64,000 bases of DNA from Felis catus (Eukaryota). Each line of letters begins with the position of its first letter. Position 1 is the first letter of the stretch. This document shows positions 49,090 to 61,869 of the stretch, piece after piece. Under the pieces are notes generated by a model. The model did no database searches. It saw nothing but the letters and a program-made list of their open reading frames with translations, and was not told where the DNA came from. The position numbers were made by a program, and so were the translations under genes. Where the stretch lies: contig NC_058368.1 of the NCBI RefSeq assembly GCF_018350175.1, positions 41,604,001 through 41,668,000 on the forward strand, in the 5' to 3' direction.

Positions 49090-49440
49090 TATCAAGGAGA
49101 CCAGAAATGCCATCTCTCTCTGGTTTACAGTATGTTTCAGAAAGACATCGCCAGTATGGCAGCACTGCCTTTCTCAATCCGCAGCTGTAACTTCAAGATC
49201 TGAGGAAGCTGTTTCTTCTCTTGATACTGTGTCTTTTTCTCAGGGATAAGGAAGAAAGGTCAAAATCCCCTTTTAAGAGACAGCACAGAAGTGGTTCACA
49301 TCACCTCCACTCACAGCCAGCTTCAAATGAGGCTTCTGGGAAATGTAATCTCCTGGGTAGCCTTGTGCCTACCCGAAACTCAGGAGTTCCATCACAGATA
49401 GAAAGAGGGAATCCACATTGGTAGAAAAACGAGTCCCAGT
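49090..49440 (-). mobile_element. Old MaLR LTR (MLT1I/J-like)
   Basis: cagaagtggttcacatcacctccactcac...ctgggaaatgtaatct...gggtagccttgtgcct...aaactcaggagttc. Confidence 0.6.
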
Positions 49441-50188
49441 CCGGAATAAACAGTAAACCTATATAAGCATAGCTCTAATTGTTAGCACATAATTAGTTTT
49501 GTGACATCTCTTTAAATTATTTCTTCCAAGATTCACATTGTCCGATCCTTACTAAGGACTAAAATATGGATTATTTAACAAACAAATATATTCTAGAGGT
49601 AAGTTAGGATCAAGACATTGTGGCAAGTATCGTTGTTATAAAACATGCCTACTTCACTATAATAAAGGTGGAATTTTAAAATGACAAAGTATTACCATGA
49701 GAAATGGAAAGAGATGAACACACAGTATTAGGGCCAACCATGGAATAGGTTGGTCATCAGCCTTCTTGATGAATGCATGATGCTCACTATAAAATAGTCC
49801 AAATAGTCGTAAAACCTTTATTCTGTCAAGTCAAGAAACCTCTACTAAAAATGTTTGCTCAACCTGCATTTCATCCTATCTCTCAATCTAGCCATCAGAT
49901 TTTGATCTATGTGAGCCTCAAGGTAATACATTATTGCTCCTAGAGTCCCAGTATATTCCATAAAGTCACATTTCATGCATAATGAAGATAGCAGTGAACT
50001 ACAAAGGTTTTTATCAACTCAAACAGGAATACAAATGCTGTCTAAGGGCGATTTATGGTATGTATTTTTAAAAGAGTAAGAAAAGGAGAAGTTTTTAGGT
50101 CAATTTATATGTCTTTAGGGAAAATTATGTCACCTAAAGGCATTTTGAAAAAGAGAAAATTTTCATTTTTATGGTTTTTAAGATTCTT

Positions 50189-50218
50189 CATATATATATA
50201 TATATACATATATATATA

Positions 50219-50256
<38 letters not shown>
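50189..50256. repeat. (TA)n/(TG)n microsatellite
   Basis: Seen directly. Confidence 0.97.
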
Positions 50257-50681
50257 AAACAATAGTATTGACAGTTCAAACAAAAACTTTTTAAAAAAAA
50301 GTTTTTTTAGGTATATATAATTTTCTTTTATAGATATTTATTGATTGCCTATTATGTGCACGGCATTTTGTGACACAGTGGGATACAAAATTGGTCACTT
50401 ATTTTAATTAGGATAATTTTGCTCTAAGGATAAAAGATTCATCAAAACAGATCAAATTAAGAAAGTCTGTTGTGAGATGTAATAAGGAGCAGTAAAAACA
50501 ATTTAAGGACTAAATGTTGACAAGACTGGGGCTTACTTAAGACCAAGTTGAGGAAGTTTCCTAGACTGAAGGAAGCCCTGAGGACCCCAGTAATACATGT
50601 GCACTTCCACTCTGGTGAAATCTGGGTTGATTTTTGTTTGTTTTCCTCTTTACTTTCTCTATCAGTTGTCAAATTCCTTCT

Positions 50682-50882
50682 TTAAAAAAAAATAAGTTTA
50701 TTCTGAGAGGGAGAGAGAGAGCAGGAGAGTGACAGAGAGAGAGGGAGAGAGAGAATCACAAGCAGGCTCTGCACTGTCAATGTGTAGCCCGATGCAGGGC
50801 TTGAACTCACGAATTGTGAGATCATGACCTGAGCCAAAATCACAAGTCAGACACTTAAGCAACTGAGCCACCCAGGCACCCC
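50682..50882 (-). mobile_element. Can-SINE
   Basis: TSD caaattccttct at 50670-50681 and 50883-50894. Confidence 0.96.
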
Positions 50883-51621
50883 CAAATTCCTTCTAATATT
50901 CTTAGTTCAAATTGCCAAGAACAGGAATCTGATTGTTGTAAATCATTTCCCAGGCTGTGCTACAAATCTCAGGTCTCTGTCCTTACTTACATATGCACAC
51001 ATTGTGTATTCGAGTGGCATCCAGGTAGATGGGGGTCACAAAGTATAGAATCTCTCCATTTAGGGCAGATGAGCATTGGGGAATTAAAGATGAATAAGAC
51101 AGGGTTTTCGACTTCACAATATGTACTTTCAAACCGTTTTAAACTGTAAATTGACAAAATACTTACTGAGCAAACATACCTGTTATTATTGATATAATAT
51201 TTAATAAAATATTTTAACATAAACTGTATATTCACACAACTCCTTTGGTGTGAACAGAGGTGATATTCAGAATAGCTAAAAATAAGTACAGCATGGGCAT
51301 TGACCAATCAGAGTGAATAACCAAAATATCAGAACAAATGCTGTTGTAGGTAAACAGTATAATGAACCTGCATGTTATATGCTGGCTGAAAACAGTACCG
51401 GATCCAGATCCAGTCTTTATCTTGCACCCATTTTACAGGCAAAAAAAAAAAAAAAGTTCAAGGGAGGTTAAGTGATTTATTTGTACTGGAAGATGGGTCT
51501 ACAGATTCCCAAACTAATGCAGTTAACACATTTTGTCTCCATCGATACCTTGTGGCCTACTGTGACATATAGCAAGCTCAAAGGCCACATCTGTGTGACC
51601 TCTGGAATGAGCAGCCAATTG

Positions 51622-51794
51622 TTTTTTCTGTGTTTTTTTTTTTTTTCTTTTTGAGGGACAGAGAGAGAGGGAGAGACAGAATCTTAAGCAGGCTCCATGC
51701 CCAGCACAGAATCTGACTCAGGGCTCAATCTCACGAGCATGAGAACATGACCTGAGCAGAATTCAAGAGTCAAACGCTTACCTGACTGAGTCCC
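51622..51794 (-). mobile_element. Older Can-SINE missing its extreme 5' end
   Basis: gaatcttaagcaggctccatgcccagcacag core; ends at ctgactgagtccc. Confidence 0.92.
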
Positions 51795-52666
51795 TATGGT
51801 TTCTAAACCTATAGTTTAGGTTTCTAAAGTACTTATATAAGATTTTATCTCGGCTGGATTCCCTGTGACATTGATTTTCTATGGTCTCCTTTTTCTGGGG
51901 AATATGCTCTCTGAAGGCAGAACTGCTAATGCTTGTTCCTTGTACTCTGTACTCTACCAGGCATGCAGCAAAGATGTTTTGAAATACTTCAAATGGAGGA
52001 GGAAATATCAAGTGCATGTAAATTGGTCCTTAAATCAAAGAATGGTGGAATTTCAATGAATCCTTGAAGAGAAAGGCTTAGCACGGTGGGGAGCACAAAG
52101 TAAGGGTTGAATAGCTTTTGGGTGCGAACCAGTGTGCAATACAGACTCCCCTGTCTTCTACACAAAGGAATCACATATTACCTGGAGGGATTAGAGCCTA
52201 AAGTCAGAGCATGGGGCAAAACTTGCAAAATTTTCATGAGTTACGAAAATCTCTTAACTCATCCATCTAGTATACTAAACTAGTTTTTGTCCATACAATT
52301 TTAAACAGATTTAAGTATGTCTAGATGCATAATGTATTTACTAATGTAGTTCACACAAAATTCTCTGGAAGTAGCAATACTTAGGAATTAATTCATTCAA
52401 GCCTTTCACTGCTTAGAATTCTTCCGTAAAATTACCAAGCCTCCATCCTTTTTCTGTTTGTTGTTTTGCCTTTGTCTCCCAGCTACATCTAACTTTTTGT
52501 TTAGGCAATGTTTTCTTTGGCCCTTAATTAGTTCTTCAATAGCTTTCTACAGGCGGTCCAGAAAACCTATAACCACCTGCTTCCCACCAGTCACTTTGAA
52601 TGTTCTCAGCCTCTTTCTCTCTCTCAAACGCAGCTGAGTTGAGATAACTTAAAAAATAAGTGTGCT

Positions 52667-52887
52667 GGGGCGCCTGGGTGGCTCAGTCGGTTAAGCATCC
52701 GACTTCGGCTCAGGTCATGATCTCACGGTCCATGAGTTCAAGCCCCGCATCAGGCTTTGTGCTGACAGCTCAGAGCCTGGAGCCTGTTTCAGATTCTGTG
52801 TCTCCCTCTCTCTCTGACCCTCCCCCGTTCATGCTCTGTCTCTGTCTGTTTCAAAAAGAATAAATAAACGTTAAAAGAATATTATAA
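52667..52887 (+). mobile_element. Can-SINE (SINEC_Fc type)
   Basis: Perfect TSD aaaaaataagtgtgct at 52651-52666 and 52888-52903. Confidence 0.98.
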
Positions 52888-53269
52888 AAAAAATAAGTGT
52901 GCTGTGATAATTCTGTGTCATTTGCTTATAGGGTGTTTTTAGTTTACGTTCATGTTTGGATTAATCATATATAGGGTAGGCATCGTTACTATGTATTTTC
53001 AAAGAGCAGAAAAACCATATTTTAAAGAGTTTAGAAACTTTCTCAAGATTATATACAAGTAGTAATATGGAAGCTGGTTATAAACTCTGGTCCTCAAGTG
53101 TCAGATACTTTAAATCAATGGATCTCCAGAAAGGCATACCACATGCAGAAGGAATTTTGAAAAACGGTTTGGGAAGGTTTTGGTTACTCTATAACTGGGA
53201 GAAGTAGCTGACGTTCAGTGGGTGGGGACCTGGGGTGTGGCTCTATTACAGCCTGCAGGAGAGTTCCCT

Positions 53270-53922
53270 TGTACCAGATCAGTTGGTCAGGCAAGGGAGA
53301 CTTTACTCAAAACTTTTGCAGATTGAACTGAACAACTCTGAAACAAAAGGTAGAAGCAGTTTTAAGCATTGGGATGAACTAAAGGAAATGTACCAGAGGA
53401 TTATGGGCTAGCTGTTCAATGTGATTAGGCCATCTGTGTTTGCTAATTGTTGCTACCTACCCTCCCACAGAGAATGAAAGGTAGGGGCCCTAACTTCCTT
53501 GATGATTACATTCCAGGGATGGCTCCCAGGTCTTTGAGAAACTGGATTTTAAAACTGGTAAGAGGCTGGAAGAAGATTTACATCTCAAACAGGCAGAGAA
53601 ATAATTTACAATTGCATGTTTTCTAAAGCAAATGCTCTCAGAAAAAGGAGGTTAGGGCCTAGAGTCAGGAAGGAGCTTGTTTAAAGTTTAGTCAAGCTTT
53701 TGGGGTGTCTGGGTGGCTCAGTTAAGCGTCCAACTTCGGGTCAGGTCATGATCTCACAGTTCCAGAGTTTGAGCCCTGCATAGGGCTCTGTGTTGACAGC
53801 TCAGAGCCTGGAGCCTGCTCCAAATTCTGTGTCTCCCTCTCTCTCTCTCTCAAAAATAAATAAACATTAAAACAATTTAAAATTTACTCAAGCTGAGGGA
53901 AAAATTAAGGCCATCTTGTTCA
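53270..53922 (-). mobile_element. ERV1 LTR, MER67-like, interrupted by a SINE
   Basis: Minus strand starts tgaacaagatggccttaatttttccctcagcttga...tcctgactctaggccc...gagcatttgctttagaaaacatgcaattgtaaat. Confidence 0.75.
53702..53877 (+). mobile_element. Can-SINE (shortened CT region) nested in the LTR
   Basis: TSD-like aaa(g/a)ttta(g/c)tcaagct on both sides. Confidence 0.95.
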
Positions 53923-54404
53923 GGTCCTACATGAGAAAAAAATTGTCCCCATCTCCTGCTGTTACGGAAGTGAGGCCACTGCTTATAATTACGTGAGCCT
54001 GCTGACCTACTCTATTTACATATGGATGCAAATATTTTCACATGGTCTTAATAGAAATGCATCATCCAGGAATTCAGTGAACTTAAATTCAAGGAAGGCT
54101 GTTTGTTTTGAAACATAACCAAGATTTGATCATCATTATAGAAAATCATGTCACTAATGGCCACGTTGATCACAGATTTTAAATCACCAAAGAAACATCT
54201 GCTTAGGTCTGCTTTTTGTAGCTAATCCCTTTCGGGTGACTCTATGTGCAGATGCAAGAATCGCATGTACTTCATTTTGACTTCTAGTAAGTTCATATCT
54301 GAGTATGTACATATTATTTTATTATAAATTGTATTCTTTTTATATCTCTTTCGTGTTAAAGTCATAGCATCTTTTCAAGTTTGTTGGGGATATTTAAAAC
54401 CTTT

Positions 54405-54885
54405 TAACATGTGAGCACTCCACCCTTGTTTACTTATGATAAGGCCAGACACAGACATTGTATCCAAAATTCCATTCTTTGCCTCATAAATCACGAGCTA
54501 TTCTACTGTCCCCACTAATCGATCAGAACAAAATGCTTATTACTCAAACTTCTGTTAAGTCTCTCTCCTTTTCCAGGAGGAACTTTGACTTACCTTCAGT
54601 CAGAGCCAGCAGACAGCCCCTCCTGAGAATATGCTGGCCTTACTGTAAATAAAACGTTTTTGACCTACTATCCTATGAAGCCACCCTTTCATCCCACTTC
54701 CCCAAATCCAGTCCTTTGTAGCCCTGTTTATTACTCACTGAAAAAGAATAACGCTTTCCTGCCTAGTCCTCAGCCACTTGGCAGATCTATGGGCCAAGAC
54801 TTCTCACTGCAACGCCCTCCCTCTACTTTCAAAATCCTTTCTAACGAAGTCTCTCCTTACCAAACCCAGATTTGTTTTTTCCTTC
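54405..54885 (+). mobile_element. ERV1 LTR, MER110/MER90-like
   Basis: tacttatgataaggccagacacagac...ccattctttgcctcataaa...cagaacaaaatgctt...cccctcctgagaatatgctggcct. Confidence 0.65.
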
Positions 54886-55508
54886 AAATATTATTATATT
54901 GGCAAAATAAATAAACAAACTAAAATTCACCCAAGATCAGAAAAGTGCCAGGGAATCCAAATTCAGAATTTCTAGAATAGATTAACATATATATTTGAAA
55001 GGTTGCTGGAGTCCTCTTCAGAAACTCATTGTAGTAAATTCTTGAACACTCTCAGACTGCTGTGTCAGCCAATTTTATTGTTCCTTTCTTTCCTTTCTTT
55101 TTCTTAAACTAATCACTCTTCCAAGAGTGCCAAAGCTAGTTAATCCCTCAACAGACAGGAGCTCTCGCTGGCTATCCCACAAAGTGAGCCACCTCTGCCT
55201 TGGTGAGGTCAGACCAAATCCTAGCAAAGGTGGGAGAAAGTATGAATGTCAGTGGTAGTGATTGTTAAACAGACTGTGGAAAATGGGGAAAAGATTAAGC
55301 CAACTTTAAATGACCTTCGTGTGCATTTAAGTCATAATGGCCCTTGACTGCTCATAGCCAGGTTCTTCCTCACAGAGCACTTACCCAGGCAGCAATTTAA
55401 CAACACAGCTGAGTTTCCATTCTGATGATGGCATTAGTTTAGGGCCGGATGCGGTAAATGGATAAACAGTCAACTAATAATTACAACCTATGAAGTTATG
55501 CATTTTTT

Positions 55509-55721
55509 TTAATTTAAAAAAAAAATTTAACGTTTATTTATTTTTGAGACAGAGCATGAATGGAGGAGGAGCAGAGAGAGAGGGAGACACAGAATCGGAA
55601 GCAGGCTCCAGGCTCTGAGCCATCAGCCCAGAGCCTGACGCGGGGCTCGAACTCACGGACCGCGAGATGGTGACCTGAGCTGAAGTCGGACGCTTAACCG
55701 ACTGAGCCACCCAGGCGCCCC
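55509..55721 (-). mobile_element. Can-SINE (young)
   Basis: Perfect TSD aagttatgcatttttt at 55493-55508 and 55722-55737. Confidence 0.98.
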
Positions 55722-55845
55722 AAGTTATGCATTTTTTAACTGGCTTGAAAACATTTTTCACTGGACAACAAAAGAGAAAAGTAAAAGGTAACCACCATGA
55801 ATTGATATTGAAAGTTTTTTTTTTTTTTTTTTCAAACTAAAACCT

Positions 55846-56043
55846 AGGGTCACCTGGGTGACTCAGTCAGTTAAGCATCCGCCTCTTGATCTCAGCTCAG
55901 GTCATGATCTCACCACTTTGAGTTCTAGCCTCATGTCCAGCTCTGCCCTGACAGTGAGGAGCCTCCTTGGAATTCTGATTCTCTCCCTTTCTCTCTGACC
56001 CTCCCTTGCTCTCTGAATAAAGAAATAAACCTAAAAAATAAGT
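55846..56043 (+). mobile_element. Can-SINE (older)
   Basis: cacctgggtgactcagtcagttaagcatcc...gctcaggtcatgatctcac. Confidence 0.93.
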
Positions 56044-57801
56044 AAACCAAAATTTGATCATTTGTTCCAATAACTGAAAGAAAATATAATCCTAAATTTA
56101 ATAAATCAACTTCACATCTAATCCATTATTCAGCCAAGATTCATAATTGACACTACTGTGCACAGTTTCTTTCTCTAAATATTGAGACGCAGGCACCGTC
56201 CGCCAATTCCAGGGACTCCCACTGTGGGGATGGGGGACAGTGGCCGTTCTGCCAGAAGGGGAGAGTCAGTCACACAGCTACACCTGCTGTAGCTGGCAGA
56301 GGTCGGCGACCATAATCTCAGTCCAGAAAGAAAAATAAATGAAAGACAAACTTCATTTTGTAATTAATAAAATAACAACGCATTTGAAAGTAGACGACAA
56401 CATTTTTCTGAATTTAATTTTCAAAAATAAACATTGATGTTTTATGTCAGTGTAATTATTCATTGAATCTTCTGGTCTTATGTGAGAAATATAGGTTTCT
56501 TCACCAGAGCAAAGCCACATATACTAAAAATGGATTCTTATTTGCCTTAAATAGTTGGATTATTTGCCTATTTATAATTATGAAAACTTCGTTGAAGAAA
56601 ACAATAAAACTGCTTAAATTGTAAATGATCTAATCATAAACTTATTATTGAATTCAAGGTTTAAAAATAAAGGTGAAATCTAGTGTGATGCGTTGAATGT
56701 AATTCGATTCCTACATAATACTGTCTCATTTAAATGTTACACATGTTTCTTATCCCAGTTTTGCAAAATAATAAAAAGGATATATCAGACATACAAATAT
56801 TTTTATATTTTCTAATGAACATATTTTCATTCAAGCATGCTTCTCATATTAGTATTTCTTTTTACTATGCCTTCTTATCAAGTCATAAGAATGCCCCCAA
56901 CTCTATGATCAATATTGTTCTTTTTCTACCTATAACCAGGAAACAATTGCTTCTATACAGATTTCTTTGTTTCTGAATGAGAAAAATGGAGAAGAGAAAT
57001 AAAAGAGAAAGAGAGGAAGACAATGAAACTATGTGCATGTTCTTGGTAGATGGCTTAAAACTAGAAGATTATTGAGCAAACAGATTTTCCACCCCATCCC
57101 CGTCCCCCCTTCCTTTCCCCTGTGAACATGGCATGTCTCACTCAGAGAGAGTTTAAGGCAGGTGGAAAAAAATAACCATAATGATCTTCATTTTCTCCCG
57201 ATGTAGAAGGTGGATAAGGTCAGGGATGCAGGCCTGTGTTAGGCAGACGTGTCATTAGCTAGTGTGCAATGGTGATTTGAGTGTGTCTGTAGTGCCTTTG
57301 CCCCAGGTAATTCCAGAAAGATGAAACAACATGCCTTTTAAAACACAGTGGAATCAAGCTTCTCATTAGTGGAAGAGGCCAGTGTATCTCTTGGGGATGT
57401 CAGTCATCTCAGATACTGTCTACTACAAATTGTTCATTTTAAGGCAATACAATGGATAATCATCTCGCTTTTTCACTTTTTAAAATGTCTTCTATTATGA
57501 ACATTACTATAGTTTCCCCATCTTCAACTGTCACTTATTCAACTTGTTTGGGACTACCAAAAATTTTGGCTGTTTCATTACCCCAATGATTTGTATCTCA
57601 TTTCACACTTTTATCTGTTCCATCTTTTTCGATAGAGTGTATATGTGTGTTTCCTTACCAGGTGTTATTAGCACTGAGCAACAAACAGTACATGCTCTAT
57701 CAGTGTGCCACCCTCAATCTCTGAGCTATGCTGATGTAATAGGTATGATCGTTCCAAGACAACTCTAGTATATGAAGTGTCGCTTTTTAAAAAAAATTTG
57801 G

Positions 57802-58023
57802 GGGGCGCCTGGGTGGCGCAGTCGGTTAAGCGTCCGACTTCAGCCAGGTCACGATCTCGCGGTCCCTGGGTTCGAGCCCCACGTCAGGCTCTGGGCTGAT
57901 GGCTCAGAGCTTGGAGCCTGTTTCCGATTCTGTGTCTCCCTCTCTCTCTCTGCCCCTCCTCCGTTCATGCTCTGTCTCTCTCTGTCCCAAAAATAAATAA
58001 ACGTTGAAAAAAAATAAATAAAT
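57802..58023 (+). mobile_element. Can-SINE, young subtype
   Basis: ggtggcgcagtc, acttcagccaggtcacgatc; TSD aaaaatttgg at 57792-57801 and 58024-58033. Confidence 0.98.
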
Positions 58024-58467
58024 AAAAATTTGGTTCTCATCCTCTACCCAACAATATTGGCATAAGATTCAATATTAATCATTTTTCGTGGTTCTCTCTA
58101 CTGCCCTTGAGTTTTACCAAAAAGCTGTAGCTGCCATAGTCCAGGGAAAACGGGATCTACTGCCTCTCACTTTATAGCTGTCATTGTTGCTATCGATCCT
58201 TGACCAGAAGCATGGGGACTTTTAACAATCACCCAAGGTTAGAGTTCTTGGGGTTTAAGTCATCACACAGATATTCCCCAGCTACCACCATCCATGCTCC
58301 TCAGCCTTTAATCTACTGATGGTGACTGTTGCCACTCTTTGCCAGTTTCAGAAACTGGTGTCTTTCTGCCAACTTGAGGAATCTTCACCACTCTCACACA
58401 CAAACTACCAGCCTTCTACACCTCCCATTCTAGGGGTAATTTCCAATTCTCTCCTTACAGGACTTAG

Positions 58468-58600
58468 AGCTGAGGTTGCAAAATGGCCTAAGTGGCCAAA
58501 GCCAACCCACAGAAGGGTTTTGATGTGGCCTAAGTCATGTTTTGAAAATTAGGCTATTTCATATCAAAATGTCAATTTCAGGATGATTTTGAAATACAAA
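58468..58600. mobile_element. MER102-like hAT-Charlie relic
   Basis: gaggttgcaaaatggcc...ggccaaagccaacccacaga...ttttgatgtggcc...atttcatatcaaaat. Confidence 0.55.
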
Positions 58601-58770
58601 GAGGCTGTTAATTATAACTAGGAGCAAATGAATCCGTGATTTAAAAAAATAACACACTATATTTGACTGTAAAAACAATCAAAGTAAAGTAATAGGATAA
58701 TTTTCACATGGAAGAGTTAACATATCATCTCCCAATATGTTTTCCTCATATGTAGAGGACATTTGGTGAT

Positions 58771-59340
58771 TGTGGCTACATGATCTATGTTTTTATGAGA
58801 TAAGCACCCAAATTTCTTGTAAACTTCACTGTGTCATTCTTTGTTCAGATAGCCCTGAGGAAATTAAAGTATACCCCCTAACTGCAGAGATAGGCATGTG
58901 ACACAGACATGGCCAGACAGAGCTAAAGATACCAAATATTAAGGGATATATAGATATAGATATATAAAATATTTGGTATCTTTATACACACACACACACA
59001 CAATAAATGTTAAGGGATATATATATATATATATAATAAAAAGCAAAATAAATGCTTTTTGTGGTGTCTATAAGATTGTGAGGATGTATCCTTGGTACTG
59101 TAGATATAGCTATGAGTAAAGATCCTACTAAGAATGAAGTCAACAGAGAGAAAAGCAGCACCCAGGGACAGAGGAAGAATGATACCTTATGATACAATTT
59201 GAGCCCCTATATTCAGTCATATCCAAAGCTGGTCTATCTCTGGACATTACAGATTCATAAGCCAAAATATTCCCTTTCCTCTTCTAACCACTTAGAATTA
59301 GGTTTCTGTCACTTGAAATCAAAAGCTCTAAAAAGGAGCC
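58771..59340 (+). mobile_element. Old MaLR LTR (MLT1J/K-like) with internal TA rearrangement
   Basis: ggcatgtgacacagacatggcca...tttgagcccctatattcagtcat...ggtttctgtcacttgaaatcaaaag. Confidence 0.7.
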
Positions 59341-59608
59341 TGTTACATACATATTTTCCCATCTGTGAATGCTCTTGTTCTTAACTCCTTTTCTTCTAAA
59401 TTTCTCCATAATCTTTAAGCTATACCCCTTCATCCTATTTATCCCTTCCAACTAGTTGGACTTGTCTGTGTCTTAAAAGACAAATGTTGTATATGACAGC
59501 CTAGAATCCTGAACACGGAGTCAACATGAAAATTCCACACTGGATGGTTACATGAGAAAAACAAAAAAAAACACTAACAAACTTTTTTTCTTTTAAACCA
59601 CTGAAAAT

Positions 59609-59808
59609 GGGGCACCTTAGTGTCTCAGTCAGTTAGGTGTCTGAGTCTTGATTTCAGCTCTGGTCATGATCCCAGGGTCATGGGATAGAGCGCCACATCG
59701 TGCTCCATGCTGAGTGTGGAGCCTGCTTAAGATTCTCTCTCTCTCTCCCTCTGCCCCTCTCCCCTGCTCACTCTCTTTCTCTCTCTCTCAAATATAAAAA
59801 AATTTAAA
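59609..59808 (+). mobile_element. Older Can-SINE
   Basis: ctccatgctgagtgtggagcctgcttaagattct core; TSD cactgaaa. Confidence 0.95.
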
Positions 59809-60916
59809 AAACACTGAAATTAGGAAACAATTTAGCTTACCATCATTGAATTATCAACATATTTTTATAATTCAGAGTTAGCTGATAGCCATGCTAAGAT
59901 TCACAAAGGTCAAAATTCACATAGTATGCTAATGATTTTGATAAGTATTTATAAGTATTTAAAACAGATATGATGCTTAAAGTCTGTATTAAAATGAAAA
60001 TAGTCCTCTACAGCTAGCATTTAACAGTCTAAACATAAAAAATGAAATACTAGAAAGAAGATAAAATATGTGGTAAATTAATTTTTATTTTAATTTAATT
60101 TCAATCCATTACAAAGTCCTTAATTTCAAATGACAGTGAGAGTGTTAATATGTGAAATTCGTTGCTTTCATGGATTATGAAGAAATTCACAACAAACAAA
60201 TTTAAAAGTAAATTTAGAGGACAATGAAGTCATAGTAAAGCAAAATCATCCTTTCTCCAATAATTCACATTTTCACTATTGTGGCATTTGACCAGTATTC
60301 ATAAAATCCACCCCAGGACTAAAATTATTAGTGAATGGCTGGAAACTGAAGTGAGCAGGCATTTAGCAATTGTTCAGTGGTCTGTAAAATGAATTTCTGA
60401 TCTCAGTCCAGTCGTAAAACCTTTCAATTGATGCAAGTCAATGCCTTTTCTATCAGTCTCATCAGGGAAGCCTGGGACTGCCTGAACAGAGACACAGAAA
60501 TGTCTCCTATAGAGCCAAAATCTGTAAGTCAAAATTAAGGATCACTGGTAAGGGAGTTACTGTCTCTGCTTGAATCATTCTGTAGCTAAGTGCAAGGCTT
60601 TAAACGATGATTCTAGTTCCTTTAGGAAGATTTACATTCTCTCTAAAGATAGAGTGGAATAGATACCATGAAAATCCTGTATCCAGTGAGAAGAAATTGA
60701 AGATAAGAAACTGCTTCATTCCACTGGGAGGAAAGTAGCAGATTACCTACAGTTCTAGTCAATACAATAGACATTCAGACTTAGAAGTGGAGTGAGGTCT
60801 GAAGAGTATCCTTTATGTTCAAATGGACCATTGCAATTCAAAATGCTTCAGAAGGGTCAAAATTCTACATGTATCTACATTAAATGTATTTATGCCTCTC
60901 TGAAATGACTTGACCA

Positions 60917-60920
60917 TATA

Positions 60921-60984
<64 letters not shown>

Positions 60985-61009
60985 CATATGTATGTTTTGT
61001 GTGTGTGTG
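60917..61009. repeat. (TG)n/(TA)n microsatellite
   Basis: Seen directly. Confidence 0.97.
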
Positions 61010-61079
61010 CAAAATTTCAGGTGCCCCTTAGGTCTTTTTCAAAGGATTTAAAATGATTTTTATTTATTAATCTGTGTCA

Positions 61080-61107
61080 TATTATTATTATTATTATTAT
61101 TATTATT
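61080..61107. repeat. (ATT)n microsatellite
   Basis: Seen directly. Confidence 0.95.
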
Positions 61108-61834
61108 CTTTCAGCCTCTTTCATAAAGTTACACTTTATTTTTTTTAAGTTTGGATTAAACAGGGGTCTGAGGGATCAATCAAAATGCTTTAAACTGAAC
61201 TCTACCACATACCCAGTGGCAAATTCTACAGTCAAAACAGAACAGACTCTTGCTCCCCTTCTCCCTGGTTGCCTGAGAAACTTATGGTCCTCTTACATCC
61301 TGAGTGCTATATCCTTTGTGATTGCTGAATTAGGTAGAGCTGAGATATTAGGGTATATATAATCTTTTTAATATTCTGATCCCAGATAATGGGAAGATAA
61401 CATTTTGGAGTATAGATTAATTTGTCTAATTTTCTAGGCTACAAACAGGTGCTACATGGAGCAAGATACCAAGAACCTAAAAGATTTAGATTAGGTCACC
61501 AAATGAGAACAAAGATTAGATCACCCTAAGTACAGGTTAAGTAAAGGTTAAGTTCTCAAGTTTGAAACCTTTTTACCCTCTTTTCTCATAAACCCCTCTG
61601 AATTTTATAGACCACAATATTAAAGCAAGGAGAATGTTACTATGGGGAAATTTTATAGTTCTTAAGAAGTTATTATCTACACAAACATTAATGATGATTT
61701 ATGCCTTTGGTAAAATATACTGATTGCTTTCAAGATGTCAACAAATATCATAAAGATGTAAATGTGTCCTTTACAAGCTTTACCATGTAGATTTGACTAT
61801 TCTTTTTCTCTAATTTGTATTTGTGACATTCTGT

Positions 61835-61869
61835 ATAGAATATAATAGAATAGAATAGAATAGAATAGA
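61835..61869. repeat. (TAGAA)n microsatellite
   Basis: Seen directly. Confidence 0.93.

Larger units (their letters stand above)
53116..54400. mobile_element. MER20B-like hAT-Charlie relic, split by an LTR
   Basis: ttttggttactctataactggg...ttcagtgggtggggacc, then after 53922 ttataattacgtgagcct...gaaaatcatgtcactaatggc...acatattattttattataaatt. Confidence 0.65.

Noticed and set aside
56185..56320. GC-rich patch with CTCF-like gccagaaggggagag
   Set aside because: Lacks the GGC core, and the context resembles a decayed L2 3' end
4772..58040. Recurrent ORFs with motifs such as GAWVAQSVKRPTSAQVMISR / LTAQSLEPASDSVSPSLS that look like a gene family
   Set aside because: All are translations of Can-SINE copies with poly(A) tails and TSDs
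49805..60424. Identical 15-mer agtcgtaaaaccttt at 49805 and 60410 (posterior-HOX-like motif)
   Set aside because: One or a few 15-bp matches are expected by chance in 64 kb of AT-rich DNA; no flanking similarity
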